64,000 nucleotides of DNA from an uncultured Gemmatimonadota bacterium (GTDB lineage: Bacteria > JAAXHH01). The stretch spans positions 352,001 through 416,000 of the forward strand of contig OX638340.1 of assembly GCA_951812955.1 (NCBI GenBank). The letters are read 5' to 3'. The notes below the pieces were generated by a model, which saw only the letters and a list, made by a program, of their open reading frames with translations, was not told the DNA's origin and did not search any database. This document shows, one piece after another, positions 55,844 to 64,000 of the stretch. Every line of letters starts with the position of its first letter. The stretch's first letter is position 1. A program made the translations under genes and the position numbers.

Positions 55844-56748
55844 TGAAACCCCTGGTCGAATGCGTGCCCAATTTCAGCGAAGGGCGCGATTCCGGGATTG
55901 TCGAGGCTATCGCAGCCAGTATTGCGGCCTCCGATGGGGTCCACCTTGCCGGTATGGAAATGGACGCGGACCACAACCGCTCCGTGATCACCTTCATGGG
56001 CTCGCCCGAGGACGCGGCGGCGGCCGCCTATGAAGCCTGCAAGACAGCACGTTCGTTGATCGACCTGAGGCGTCACCGGGGCGTTCATCCACGCATCGGC
56101 GCTACGGACGTCCTGCCATTTGTCCCCCTTTCCGCCTGTTCCCTTTCCGAATGTATATCCCTCGCGCGGATCGTTGGTCGGCGGATCGGACAAACCCTCG
56201 ATATCCCGGTGTTCTTCTACGGCGACGCATCCACGGATTCGCGGCGCGGTACGCTTCACGCGATCCGCCGGGGAGGTTTCGAACGGCTGGTCCGGGAGAT
56301 GGGAACGGATCCGGATCTCTCACCCGACGTGGGACCCGATGTGGTCCATGTTTCCGCCGGCGCCACGGCGGTAGGCGTCCGCGATATTCTTGTCGCCTTC
56401 AACGTAAACCTGGATACCGATGACGTGCACGCCGCCCAGGCGATCGCGCGGGAGATCCGGGAGAAGAACGACGGTCTGCCCGGCGTCCGGGCACTGGGAC
56501 TCTTGCTGCCTTTTAAGGGCCGCGCACAGGTATCCATGAACCTGACCGACTATCGCAAGACGGATATGGCCCAGGCTTTCCGCGTGGTCGCTCGCCTCGC
56601 GGAAGCCCGGGGCGTAGGCGTCCTTGAGAGCGAGCTGATCGGACTCGCGCCCCGCGCGGCCATGGGCGGCGCGGAACCGGATGAATTACGTATTCGGCCC
56701 CTCGAGCCGTCCCGGTATCTTGAATACCACACGAGCCAATTCGACTGA
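55843..56748 (+). CDS. Glutamate formimidoyltransferase (FtcD N-terminal domain-like)
   Basis: Start at ATG 55843 ('MKPLVECVPNFSEGRD', canonical formiminotransferase N-terminus), overlapping the rraA-like stop (TGATG). The upstream Arg-rich part of the raw ORF is rejected. Confidence 0.8.
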   Translation: MKPLVECVPNFSEGRDSGIVEAIAASIAASDGVHLAGMEMDADHNRSVITFMGSPEDAAAAAYEACKTARSLIDLRRHRGVHPRIGATDVLPFVPLSACSLSECISLARIVGRRIGQTLDIPVFFYGDASTDSRRGTLHAIRRGGFERLVREMGTDPDLSPDVGPDVVHVSAGATAVGVRDILVAFNVNLDTDDVHAAQAIAREIREKNDGLPGVRALGLLLPFKGRAQVSMNLTDYRKTDMAQAFRVVARLAEARGVGVLESELIGLAPRAAMGGAEPDELRIRPLEPSRYLEYHTSQFD

Positions 56749-56874
56749 CGGCCTTCCTCATTCCAGGTACCTTGACGGCGTACCGACGTCTCTAAATTAC
56801 TTGACTACCTCCCTCCCCCTTCATATCATGTTGACTAAATTAGTAAACTAACGCCTGATGGCGAGGGAGGACGC

Positions 56875-57315
56875 ATGCGGGTATCGGCCAAGGCGGAGTA
56901 TGCTTGCAGGGCCGTGCTGGAGTTGACAAGGTACCATGAGAAGGCGGAAGTCATCCATATCGGCGACATTGCCGTCCGCCAGTCCATACCGGAGAAGTAC
57001 CTCGTTCAGATCCTGCTGCAGTTGCAGCGCGCCGGGCTGGTCAAGAGCAAACGCGGGGCGACAGGCGGATATGCGCTCGCCCGCGCACCGGGAGAGATCT
57101 CGCTGGGTGATGTGATCCGGGCGATGGACGGCGCGCTGATCGCCGTCGAGAGCCTGTCCGACGATACGAATGTGTCCGATCAAATGAGCGGCCAGCATGT
57201 ATTGAAGAACGTCTGGATGGATGTGCAGGATAGACTCGGCGAAATCATGGACGGGATCACTTTCGATGAAATCTCGCGACAGGCGCAAAAAAGCCTTTCC
57301 ATGTACTACATATAA
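56875..57315 (+). CDS. Rrf2-family transcriptional regulator (CymR/IscR-like)
   Basis: 146-aa ORF; 'MRVSAKAEYACRAVLEL' and 'KSKRGATGGYALARAP' Rrf2 helix-turn-helix signature; sits directly upstream of a cysteine-synthase gene. Confidence 0.85.
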   Translation: MRVSAKAEYACRAVLELTRYHEKAEVIHIGDIAVRQSIPEKYLVQILLQLQRAGLVKSKRGATGGYALARAPGEISLGDVIRAMDGALIAVESLSDDTNVSDQMSGQHVLKNVWMDVQDRLGEIMDGITFDEISRQAQKSLSMYYI

Positions 57316-57325
57316 GGGATAGAAC

Positions 57326-58273
57326 TTGGCGTCCGGAACTGGAATAATCGACAGCGCACTCGATCTGATCGGGCATACCCCGCTCATTCGCCTTGGACGA
57401 ATAAATGAAAGTCCAGGCGTCCAAGTACTCGGCAAGCTCGAATCGGAAAACCCGGGCGGCAGCGTGAAGGACCGCGTTGGCCTGAGCATGATCCTGGACG
57501 CCGAACGAAGAGGCCTGCTCAGCCCGGGCGGTACGATCGTGGAGCCTACGAGCGGAAACACCGGGCTCGGCCTGAGCATGGTGGCCGCGGTGAAGGGCTA
57601 CAAGGTCATACTTGTCATGCCGGACAACATGAGTTCGGAGCGGCGGGTATTGCTGACCTCCTACGGTGCTGAACTGGTCCTGACGCCGGGTATGCTCGGC
57701 ATGGCCGGCGCTGTGCAGAAGGCGGAGGAGATTCTTCGGGAACATCCCGGTTATTTCATGCCCCAGCAGTTCAAGAATCCCGCCAACGTGGAGATACACC
57801 GCAAGACCACCGCGGAGGAGATCTGGGAAGCGACCGGCGGGAAAATCGACGCCTTTGTGGCAGCCGTGGGCACGGGGGGTACGTTGACGGGCGTGGGACA
57901 GTTTCTGAAGGAAAAGGACGAACGAATCCGCGTCATCGCGGTGGAACCATCATTGTCCCCGGTGATATCGGGCAAGCCAGTGGAGAGCCTGGTGCATGCC
58001 ATCCAGGGGATCGGCGCCGGGTTCATACCGGACATCCTGGATACGTCGATTATCGATGAAGTGATACTGATCGACGACGAGGACGCGTACCAGTCGGCCC
58101 GCCGTCTGGGCATGGAGGAAGGGCTCCTGGTGGGCATTTCGGCCGGCGCCAACGTATGCGCCAGCCTGAAGGTGGCAGAGAATATGGGAGAAGGGACGAT
58201 CGTGACCATCCTGTGCGATACCGGCGAAAGATACCTGAGCATCCGGGAATACTTTGAAGGACAGGGAGATTAA
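57326..58273 (+). CDS. cysM: Cysteine synthase family PLP enzyme (CysK/CysM-like, fold type II)
   Basis: 315-aa ORF; 'NPGGSVKDRVGLSMI' PLP-lysine motif and 'TSGNTGLGL'; Gly-rich 'GTGGT' PLP-phosphate loop. Confidence 0.85.
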   Translation: MASGTGIIDSALDLIGHTPLIRLGRINESPGVQVLGKLESENPGGSVKDRVGLSMILDAERRGLLSPGGTIVEPTSGNTGLGLSMVAAVKGYKVILVMPDNMSSERRVLLTSYGAELVLTPGMLGMAGAVQKAEEILREHPGYFMPQQFKNPANVEIHRKTTAEEIWEATGGKIDAFVAAVGTGGTLTGVGQFLKEKDERIRVIAVEPSLSPVISGKPVESLVHAIQGIGAGFIPDILDTSIIDEVILIDDEDAYQSARRLGMEEGLLVGISAGANVCASLKVAENMGEGTIVTILCDTGERYLSIREYFEGQGD

Positions 58274-58289
58274 CAGGAGGAACCGTTTG

Positions 58290-58661
58290 ATGTCCGTTAC
58301 CGTACGAATTCCAACCCCGCTGCGCAAGTTGACCGGCAACCAGTCCGTAATCGAAATCGACGGCGATACCGTCGAATCGCTGATCGGGAACATGGAAGCA
58401 TCCTACCCCGGAATCAAGGATCGCATCTGCGACGAGTCCGGGAAAGTGCGGCGGTTCATCAACATCTACATCAACGAAGAAGATATCCGGTTTCTGGATG
58501 GCACCGGTACCACGGTGAAAACAGGAGACCGGATCTCCATCGTCCCCGCCATCGCCGGCGGTCTGGGCGACCTGGGCGGTCCAGGTGGTCAAGGCGGTCC
58601 CGTCAGTTCCGCCAATCCTGACGGTCCCGTCTGTCCTGTCGGTTCGCGGGACATTGGCTGA
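58290..58661 (+). CDS. cysO: CysO-like ubiquitin-fold sulfur carrier with 32-aa C-terminal extension beyond the Gly-Gly
   Basis: ATG 58290 with CAGGAGGA Shine-Dalgarno sequence. 'MSVTVRIPTPLRKLTGNQSVIEIDGDTVESLIGNMEASYPGIKDRI...RRFINIYINEEDIRF...ISIVPAIAGG' closely resembles (from memory) mycobacterial CysO; continues 'LGDLGGPGGQGGPVSSANPDGPVCPVGSRDIG' and its stop overlaps the thrB ATG (TGATG). Confidence 0.75.
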   Translation: MSVTVRIPTPLRKLTGNQSVIEIDGDTVESLIGNMEASYPGIKDRICDESGKVRRFINIYINEEDIRFLDGTGTTVKTGDRISIVPAIAGGLGDLGGPGGQGGPVSSANPDGPVCPVGSRDIG

Positions 58662-59566
58662 TGTCCTCCGTGCGGGTGCGCGTACCCGCGACGACCGGCA
58701 ACCTGGGTTCCGGCTACGACTGCGCCGGCATGGCCCTCGGCCTGTATAACACCATCGAGTTCGCCGAAACGGAATCCGGACTGGACGTGACCATGGAGGG
58801 CGAAGGCGCCGACGCGGTACCGCTCGATGAAGGCAACCTGTGCATCGTCTCCGCACGGGCCGTCTTCGATGCCGCGGACTGGCGACCCCCCGGTCTCCTG
58901 GCACGCATGCGCCACGCGATTCCTGTGTCACGGGGCCTGGGCAGCAGCGGAGTCGCCATCGTGGCGGGCGCCGTTGCGGCCAATGAACTCGCGGGAAGGC
59001 CGCTGGACAAGTCCGAACTCCTACGCATCTGTTCCGAACTGGAAGGCCATCCGGACAACGTCGTACCTTCCCTGCTCGGTGGCCTCTCCGTGAGCGGCGA
59101 GCGGTCGGGAGCGATCGTATACCAGACCTTCAGGGTTCCCGACGACATCAAGGCCATCGTGGCCATTCCCGAATTTACGCTCGACACGAAGGTTGCCCGC
59201 GGCGTCCTGCCTGAATCCGTATCCATGGAGGACGCGGTCTACAATCTTTGTAGCGTGGGACTGCTCATCGGCGGCATGATTACGGGTAATTACGCCTTGC
59301 TCAGGGAGGGCATGGCCGATCGCCTGCACCAGCCCTACCGGCAGCACCTGGTTCCTGGCCTGGCGGAGGTCACCGGAGACGCCCTGGATGCCGGTGCCCA
59401 CGGCGCAGCCCTCAGCGGCGCCGGACCGACGGCCATCGCCCTGGCGACGGAAGATCACGAGGGGATCGGGCAAGCCATGGTCGAAGCCTTCGCCCGGCAC
59501 GGCGTTTCCGGACAGTTCCGGATCCTCCCGATAGACAACGACGGATGCCAGGTGCTGCAGGACTGA
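58661..59566 (+). CDS. thrB: Homoserine kinase (GHMP kinase)
   Basis: 301-aa ORF; 'PATTGNLGSGYDCAGMAL' and 'PVSRGLGSSGVAIVAGAVAA' GHMP motifs. Confidence 0.85.
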   Translation: MSSVRVRVPATTGNLGSGYDCAGMALGLYNTIEFAETESGLDVTMEGEGADAVPLDEGNLCIVSARAVFDAADWRPPGLLARMRHAIPVSRGLGSSGVAIVAGAVAANELAGRPLDKSELLRICSELEGHPDNVVPSLLGGLSVSGERSGAIVYQTFRVPDDIKAIVAIPEFTLDTKVARGVLPESVSMEDAVYNLCSVGLLIGGMITGNYALLREGMADRLHQPYRQHLVPGLAEVTGDALDAGAHGAALSGAGPTAIALATEDHEGIGQAMVEAFARHGVSGQFRILPIDNDGCQVLQD

Positions 59567-59611
59567 ATCCGCGCGAACCAGGCACACAACAACCTTACAG
59601 GTACCAACGTC

Positions 59612-60796
59612 ATGGGCGCACTCAAGGACATTCGCGTCATCGACCTCACCCGGGTGCTCGCGGGTCCATTCACGACCATGACCCTGGGCGACCTGGGCGC
59701 CGATATCATCAAGGTCGAACCCTTCGGCGGGGACGAGGCGCGGGGATTCGGTCCCTTCAAAGAGGGCGTAAGCGGCTACTTCGAGAATGTCAACCGGGGC
59801 AAGCAGAGCATCGCCATCGATCTGAAGCATCCTGACGGACGCTACCTGCTCCTCGAATTGATCGCGAAGTCGGACGTGCTGGTGGAGAACTTCAGGCCGG
59901 GCGTGATGAAGAAACTCGGACTGGACTACGAGACTTTGCAGGAGCGGTTCCCGGGGCTGATCTACGCGGCCTGTTCCGGATTCGGACAGACCGGACCCTA
60001 CGCCCGGCGCGGGGCCTACGACATGATCATCCAGGGTATGGGCGGTATCGTCAGCATAACGGGCGAACCTGACCGCCCTCCTGTACGGGTGGGCGTATCC
60101 ATCGGGGATATCGCCGCCGCGCTATATTCCTGTATCGGCATTCTCACGGCACTATTCACCAGGACGCAGACGGGCAGGGGACAGATGGTGGACATCGGCA
60201 TGCTGGACTGCCAGGTCGCTCTCCTCGAGAACGCCATCGCCCGTTACGACATGACGGGCACCGTTCCGGAACCGCTCGGGGCCAGGCATCCATCCATCAC
60301 GCCCTTTCAGGCTGTCGAGACCCGGGACGGATGGATCATGATCGCGGCGGGGAACAACGTGCTCTGGCGCCGGCTGTGCGAAGTCGTTGAACGTGAGGAC
60401 CTGGCCGACGACGCACGCTTCAGGGACAACAACCTGCGCACCGAAAACAACGCCGACCTGCACACGATCCTGAGCGATGTATTCCGAGAAAGTACGACGG
60501 AAGACTGGCTGAGACGATTGGATGCAGCTGAGATACCTTGCGGGCCCATCCAGAATGTCCGGCAGGTCGTGGAAGATCCCCAGGTACTTGCCCGCGACAT
60601 GATCGTGAATCTCCTGCACCCTATCGCCGGCTCCCTGCGTGTAGCCGGTTCTCCAATAAAACTCTCAGAAACCCCGCCGGAAGTCACCCGGCACGCCCCC
60701 GCCCTGGGTGAACATACCGATCAGGTGCTGAAGTCGCTGCTCCAGGCGACCGGGGACGACCTGGCGCGCTGGCGCGAATCGGGTGCAATTCGTTAG
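59612..60796 (+). CDS. Family III CoA-transferase (CaiB/BaiF-like)
   Basis: 394-aa ORF; 'LKDIRVIDLTRVLAGPFTTMTLGDLGADIIKVEP' canonical N-terminus; catalytic Asp region 'GTGRGQMVDIGMLD'. Confidence 0.85.
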   Translation: MGALKDIRVIDLTRVLAGPFTTMTLGDLGADIIKVEPFGGDEARGFGPFKEGVSGYFENVNRGKQSIAIDLKHPDGRYLLLELIAKSDVLVENFRPGVMKKLGLDYETLQERFPGLIYAACSGFGQTGPYARRGAYDMIIQGMGGIVSITGEPDRPPVRVGVSIGDIAAALYSCIGILTALFTRTQTGRGQMVDIGMLDCQVALLENAIARYDMTGTVPEPLGARHPSITPFQAVETRDGWIMIAAGNNVLWRRLCEVVEREDLADDARFRDNNLRTENNADLHTILSDVFRESTTEDWLRRLDAAEIPCGPIQNVRQVVEDPQVLARDMIVNLLHPIAGSLRVAGSPIKLSETPPEVTRHAPALGEHTDQVLKSLLQATGDDLARWRESGAIR

Positions 60797-61079
60797 AAAG
60801 AGGGTACTATGCGATAGCGGAGCTGGGATTTAACGGGAACTCGAAAGAAAGAACATCCTCAACATGCTCATTACGAAAGTTACCGGTATTTTCCCTAAGT
60901 AGTGTTTAATCCCTCGGTTTCGTATCCATACTTAAATCACACGTCAAATCCACTGTCCCAATAAAAAGCCCTCCGGAGACCGAAGGGCTGATTCATGCTG
61001 CGCGTACCAATTCGATTTTAAACAATCAGATTATCGAAGTTGCGTTCCAGCAATTGTGCGTCACGCCAGTTAACGTGGG

Positions 61080-62132
61080 TCAGCCAACCGCCTCCGCAAC
61101 CATGTCGCCGATCTCGCTGGTGCCGTAGCCCATCCGGCCGGCGTCCATGCTCTTCATCTTGTTACTTACGACGTCGATGATGGCCCGCTCCACGAAGTCG
61201 GCGGCCTGCGCTTCACCCAGCTGGGCAAGCATCATCTGGCAGGAGGCGATGGCCGCGATCGGATTGATGACGTTCTGGTCCGTGTATTTCGGCGCCGAAC
61301 CCCCGATGGGCTCGAACATGGAAGTTCCCTCGGGATTGATGTTGCCCCCCGCGGCGATGCCCATGCCGCCCTGGATCATGGCGCCCAGGTCGGTGATGAT
61401 ATCGCCGAACATGTTGGTCGTCACGATGACGTCGAACCATTCGGGGTTTTTGACCATCCACATGCAGGTCGCGTCCACGTGGGCGTAGTCGGCGGTGATG
61501 CCCGGATATTCCTCGGCGACTTCGTAGAACACCCGCTCCCAGAGATCGTGGGCGTAGGTCAGCACGTTGGTCTTGGCGCAGAGGGTCACCTTGTTCTGCC
61601 GGTCTCGGGCCTTCGCCGTCTCGAAAGCGAATCGGACGCAACGCTCCACGCCCTTGCGGGTATTGATAGACTCCTGCACCGCGACCTCGTCGGTCGTACC
61701 CTTCTTGTACACGCCGCCGGCGCCGACGTACAGGTCCTCCGTGTTCTCACGGACCACGACGAAGTCGATATCCTCGGGCCCCTTGTCCTTGAGCGGACAG
61801 TCCACGCCCGGATACAGCTTGACGGGACGCAGGTTGATATAGAGGTCCAGTTCGAACCGGATGGTCAGGAGGATGCCCTTCTCCAGCAGTCCCGGCGGGC
61901 AGTCCGGGTGACCGATGGCGCCGAGGTAAATGGCGTCGTAGTGGCCCAGTTCCTGCAGCCCCTCTCGCGGAAGAATCTCTCCCGTCCTCAGGTACCTCTC
62001 TCCGCCGAAATCGTATTCCGTGAGTTCATATTCGAATGAAAACTTCTTCGAGGCCGCCTCGAGCACTTTCAGCCCCTCGCGCACGACCTCCGGACCGGTA
62101 CCGTCGCCCGGAATGACCGCGATATTGTACAA
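61080..62132 (-). CDS. leuB: 3-isopropylmalate dehydrogenase (isocitrate/isopropylmalate DH family)
   Basis: 350-aa ORF; 'IAVIPGDGTGPEV', 'NLRP', 'GSAPKY...NPIAAI' family motifs; adjacent to leuA. Confidence 0.75.
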   Translation of the reverse strand: MYNIAVIPGDGTGPEVVREGLKVLEAASKKFSFEYELTEYDFGGERYLRTGEILPREGLQELGHYDAIYLGAIGHPDCPPGLLEKGILLTIRFELDLYINLRPVKLYPGVDCPLKDKGPEDIDFVVVRENTEDLYVGAGGVYKKGTTDEVAVQESINTRKGVERCVRFAFETAKARDRQNKVTLCAKTNVLTYAHDLWERVFYEVAEEYPGITADYAHVDATCMWMVKNPEWFDVIVTTNMFGDIITDLGAMIQGGMGIAAGGNINPEGTSMFEPIGGSAPKYTDQNVINPIAAIASCQMMLAQLGEAQAADFVERAIIDVVSNKMKSMDAGRMGYGTSEIGDMVAEAVG

Positions 62133-62167
62133 GTGTTCCTCCTGCGTAATGGGAATGTAGGGTAAGG

Positions 62168-63694
62168 TTACTCGACGATCAGCCCGCCGTGCCGGGCGAC
62201 GAGTTGATTGAGGGAATGCAGGTAAGCCTGGATGCTTGCTTTCACCACGTCGGTATCCGAGGCGTGGCTGTTGAAGGACTGGTCGTGGAAACCCACGCTG
62301 AGCTGGACGTGGTGGGCGCCGTCCCGACCGTTCGACGAGGTCTGGATATCCTTGACGTAGGTCGGCAGCTTGGTGATCCGGTCGACGGCGTTCAGGGCGG
62401 CCAGAATCTGGTTGTCGCCCACGCCCCCTTCTTCGATCGTCTCGCCGCTTACGTGAAGCCTTACGCTCGCATCGGCCTGTCCGGAATGCGAAGAAGTCAC
62501 CCTGAAGTCCTCGAGCAGGTACTGTTCGGGCACTTCCACGGGCATGTCGGTGACGATCCGGTGGAGGTCCTCGTCCGCCACTTCTTTTTGCCGGTCCGCC
62601 ACGTTCAGAAAGCGTACATGGACCTTTTCGAATTCATCTTTCTGGTTTTCGTCGTATGTATAACCCAGCAATTCGAGCCGATGCCGCAGGGCATGCCTGC
62701 CGGATCTTGCCGTCAACACGATGTCGCTCTTCTCGATGCCCACGTCAGACGGGCTCATGATCTCGTAGTTTTCCCTGTGCTTGAGGAATCCATCCTGGTG
62801 TATTCCCGAGGAATGGGCGAAGGCGTTGCTGCCCACGATGGCCTTGTTGCGCTGCACGGGCATGTGCATCAGGTCGCGCACCAGCAGGCTCGTGGTATAG
62901 ATCTGCGTGGTCTCAATGCCGGTGCGCGCGTCGTAGAAATCTCCGCGCATCTTGACCGCCATGACGATCTCTTCCAGGGAAGCGTTGCCTGCCCGTTCGC
63001 CCACGCCGTTTATGGTGCATTCAATCTGGGTTGCGCCTGCCTTGATCGCAGCCAGGGAATTGGCGGTAGCCATCCCCAGGTCGTTGTGGCAGTGCACGCT
63101 GACCTTGGCTTTTCCGATGTTCGGCACGGTGGCGATGAGCCGGGAGATCAGGTTGCCCCACTGCTCCGGCACGGCGTATCCGACCGTATCTGGTATATTC
63201 ACCACTGTTGCGCCGGCGTCGATGACCGCCTCAACGGTCTCGCACAGGTAGTCGAAATCGCTCCGGGAGGCATCCTCGGTCGAGTACTCGATGTCTTCGC
63301 AAAGGTCCTTGGCAAACTTTACGGCGTCCACGCCCATGTCCATGATCTGCTGGCGGGACTTGCGGAATTTGTGCTTCAGGTGGGTGTCCGACGTGCCCAG
63401 AACGATGTGTATCCGGGGGCGTTTGGCCGGTTTTACGGCCTCGGCCACGGCCACGATGTCCGATTCCACCGCCCGTGCGAGGGCTGTGATTACCGGGCCT
63501 TCGACCTGCTCGGCGATGTTCTTAACCGCGGCGAAGTCGCCGGGCGAAGACGCGGCGAAACCGGCTTCGATCACGTCAACGCCGAGTTCGGCGAGCTGGT
63601 GCGCGACCTGGATCTTCTCGTCCCGGTTCAGCGAAGCGCCGGGGACCTGTTCACCGTCACGCAGGGTGGTGTCGAAGATGTCCACTTTTCGCAT
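62168..63694 (-). CDS. leuA: 2-isopropylmalate synthase
   Basis: 508-aa ORF; 'FDTTLRDGEQ' DRE-TIM metallolyase motif, 'HCHNDLGMATANSLAA', C-terminal LeuA dimerisation/regulatory domain. Confidence 0.9.
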   Translation of the reverse strand: MRKVDIFDTTLRDGEQVPGASLNRDEKIQVAHQLAELGVDVIEAGFAASSPGDFAAVKNIAEQVEGPVITALARAVESDIVAVAEAVKPAKRPRIHIVLGTSDTHLKHKFRKSRQQIMDMGVDAVKFAKDLCEDIEYSTEDASRSDFDYLCETVEAVIDAGATVVNIPDTVGYAVPEQWGNLISRLIATVPNIGKAKVSVHCHNDLGMATANSLAAIKAGATQIECTINGVGERAGNASLEEIVMAVKMRGDFYDARTGIETTQIYTTSLLVRDLMHMPVQRNKAIVGSNAFAHSSGIHQDGFLKHRENYEIMSPSDVGIEKSDIVLTARSGRHALRHRLELLGYTYDENQKDEFEKVHVRFLNVADRQKEVADEDLHRIVTDMPVEVPEQYLLEDFRVTSSHSGQADASVRLHVSGETIEEGGVGDNQILAALNAVDRITKLPTYVKDIQTSSNGRDGAHHVQLSVGFHDQSFNSHASDTDVVKASIQAYLHSLNQLVARHGGLIVE

Positions 63695-63822
63695 CGCCGC
63701 GTGCTCCTGTTAACGGTCTGCGCCCGGTCGGCCTGGATGCCTGACCGGTTTACTTCGAGGCTGGGACGCACTGCCTTGATCGTTACGCTGCTTCTGTTTG
63801 AGGCAGTGACGCTTACTTCTTC

Positions 63823-64000
63823 TCTTCGATCCAGCTCATCATGCTGCGCAATTGACGTCCGACCTCCACGATCTTCTTCTCCGACGCATTGCGTCTGAGC
63901 GCGTGCATGACCGGGGCGTTGGCCTGGTTCTCGAGCATCCATTCCCGGGCGAAGGCGCCGGACTGGATCTCGGCGAGAATGCGTTTCATCTCGGCGCGGG
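63823..64000 (-). CDS. ilvC: Ketol-acid reductoisomerase, C-terminal fragment (gene continues past the window edge)
   Basis: Minus-strand translation of the last ~60 codons gives '...[60 protein letters not shown]', matching the conserved IlvC C-terminus. Confidence 0.75.

Noticed and set aside
58050-58931. 293-aa Arg-rich minus-strand ORF spanning cysM/cysO/thrB
   Set aside because: Composition-driven shadow ORF; all three sense genes have strong motifs and Shine-Dalgarno sequences.
63695-63822. Possible leucine leader/attenuator upstream of leuA
   Set aside because: I could not identify a leader peptide with consecutive Leu codons or a convincing terminator/antiterminator pair by eye, so it is left unannotated.

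Overview
High-GC (~60-65%) bacterial chromosomal window, roughly half conserved core and half accessory, with no CRISPR array, rRNA or intact mobile element. Core housekeeping genes: scpA-scpB-rluB-rpsA-mtaB, tRNA-Arg(CCG), rimP-nusA-ylxQ-infB-DUF503-rbfA-ribF-rpsO-pnp-M16 peptidase-dut, and leuB-leuA-ilvC at the right edge. Accessory metabolic content is concentrated in 1-31 kb: three PhyH-family dioxygenases, two enolase-superfamily proteins, an amidohydrolase, several MDR and Fe alcohol dehydrogenases, a TRAP dctQM pair, gamma-glutamyltranspeptidase, kynureninase and a YbbA/YbbP ABC pair. Most worth follow-up: (1) an operon in which a large polytopic membrane protein is translationally coupled (TAATG) to an AsnB-like amidotransferase and is surrounded by PhyH oxygenases, a Kelch propeller, an enolase-family enzyme, an amidohydrolase and a permease with a fused C-terminal domain; (2) an Rrf2-cysM-cysO-thrB operon where the CysO-like sulfur carrier carries a 32-aa tail after its GG motif and is translationally coupled to homoserine kinase, plus a second cluster of two small proteins ending GGA and GGG; (3) two low-GC islands in this high-GC genome, one (51.1-51.9 kb) packed with about 14 copies of a TGTAC(A/G) motif, both sharing the 9-mer ATCGTACTA; (4) a decayed integration scar at tRNA-Arg, a 30-bp tandem duplication of the tRNA 3' end beside a truncated serine recombinase that lacks its catalytic Ser; (5) a collagen-like PPG-repeat insertion inside the essential radical-SAM MtaB. 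All functional calls are from reading motifs by eye; no database searches were run.
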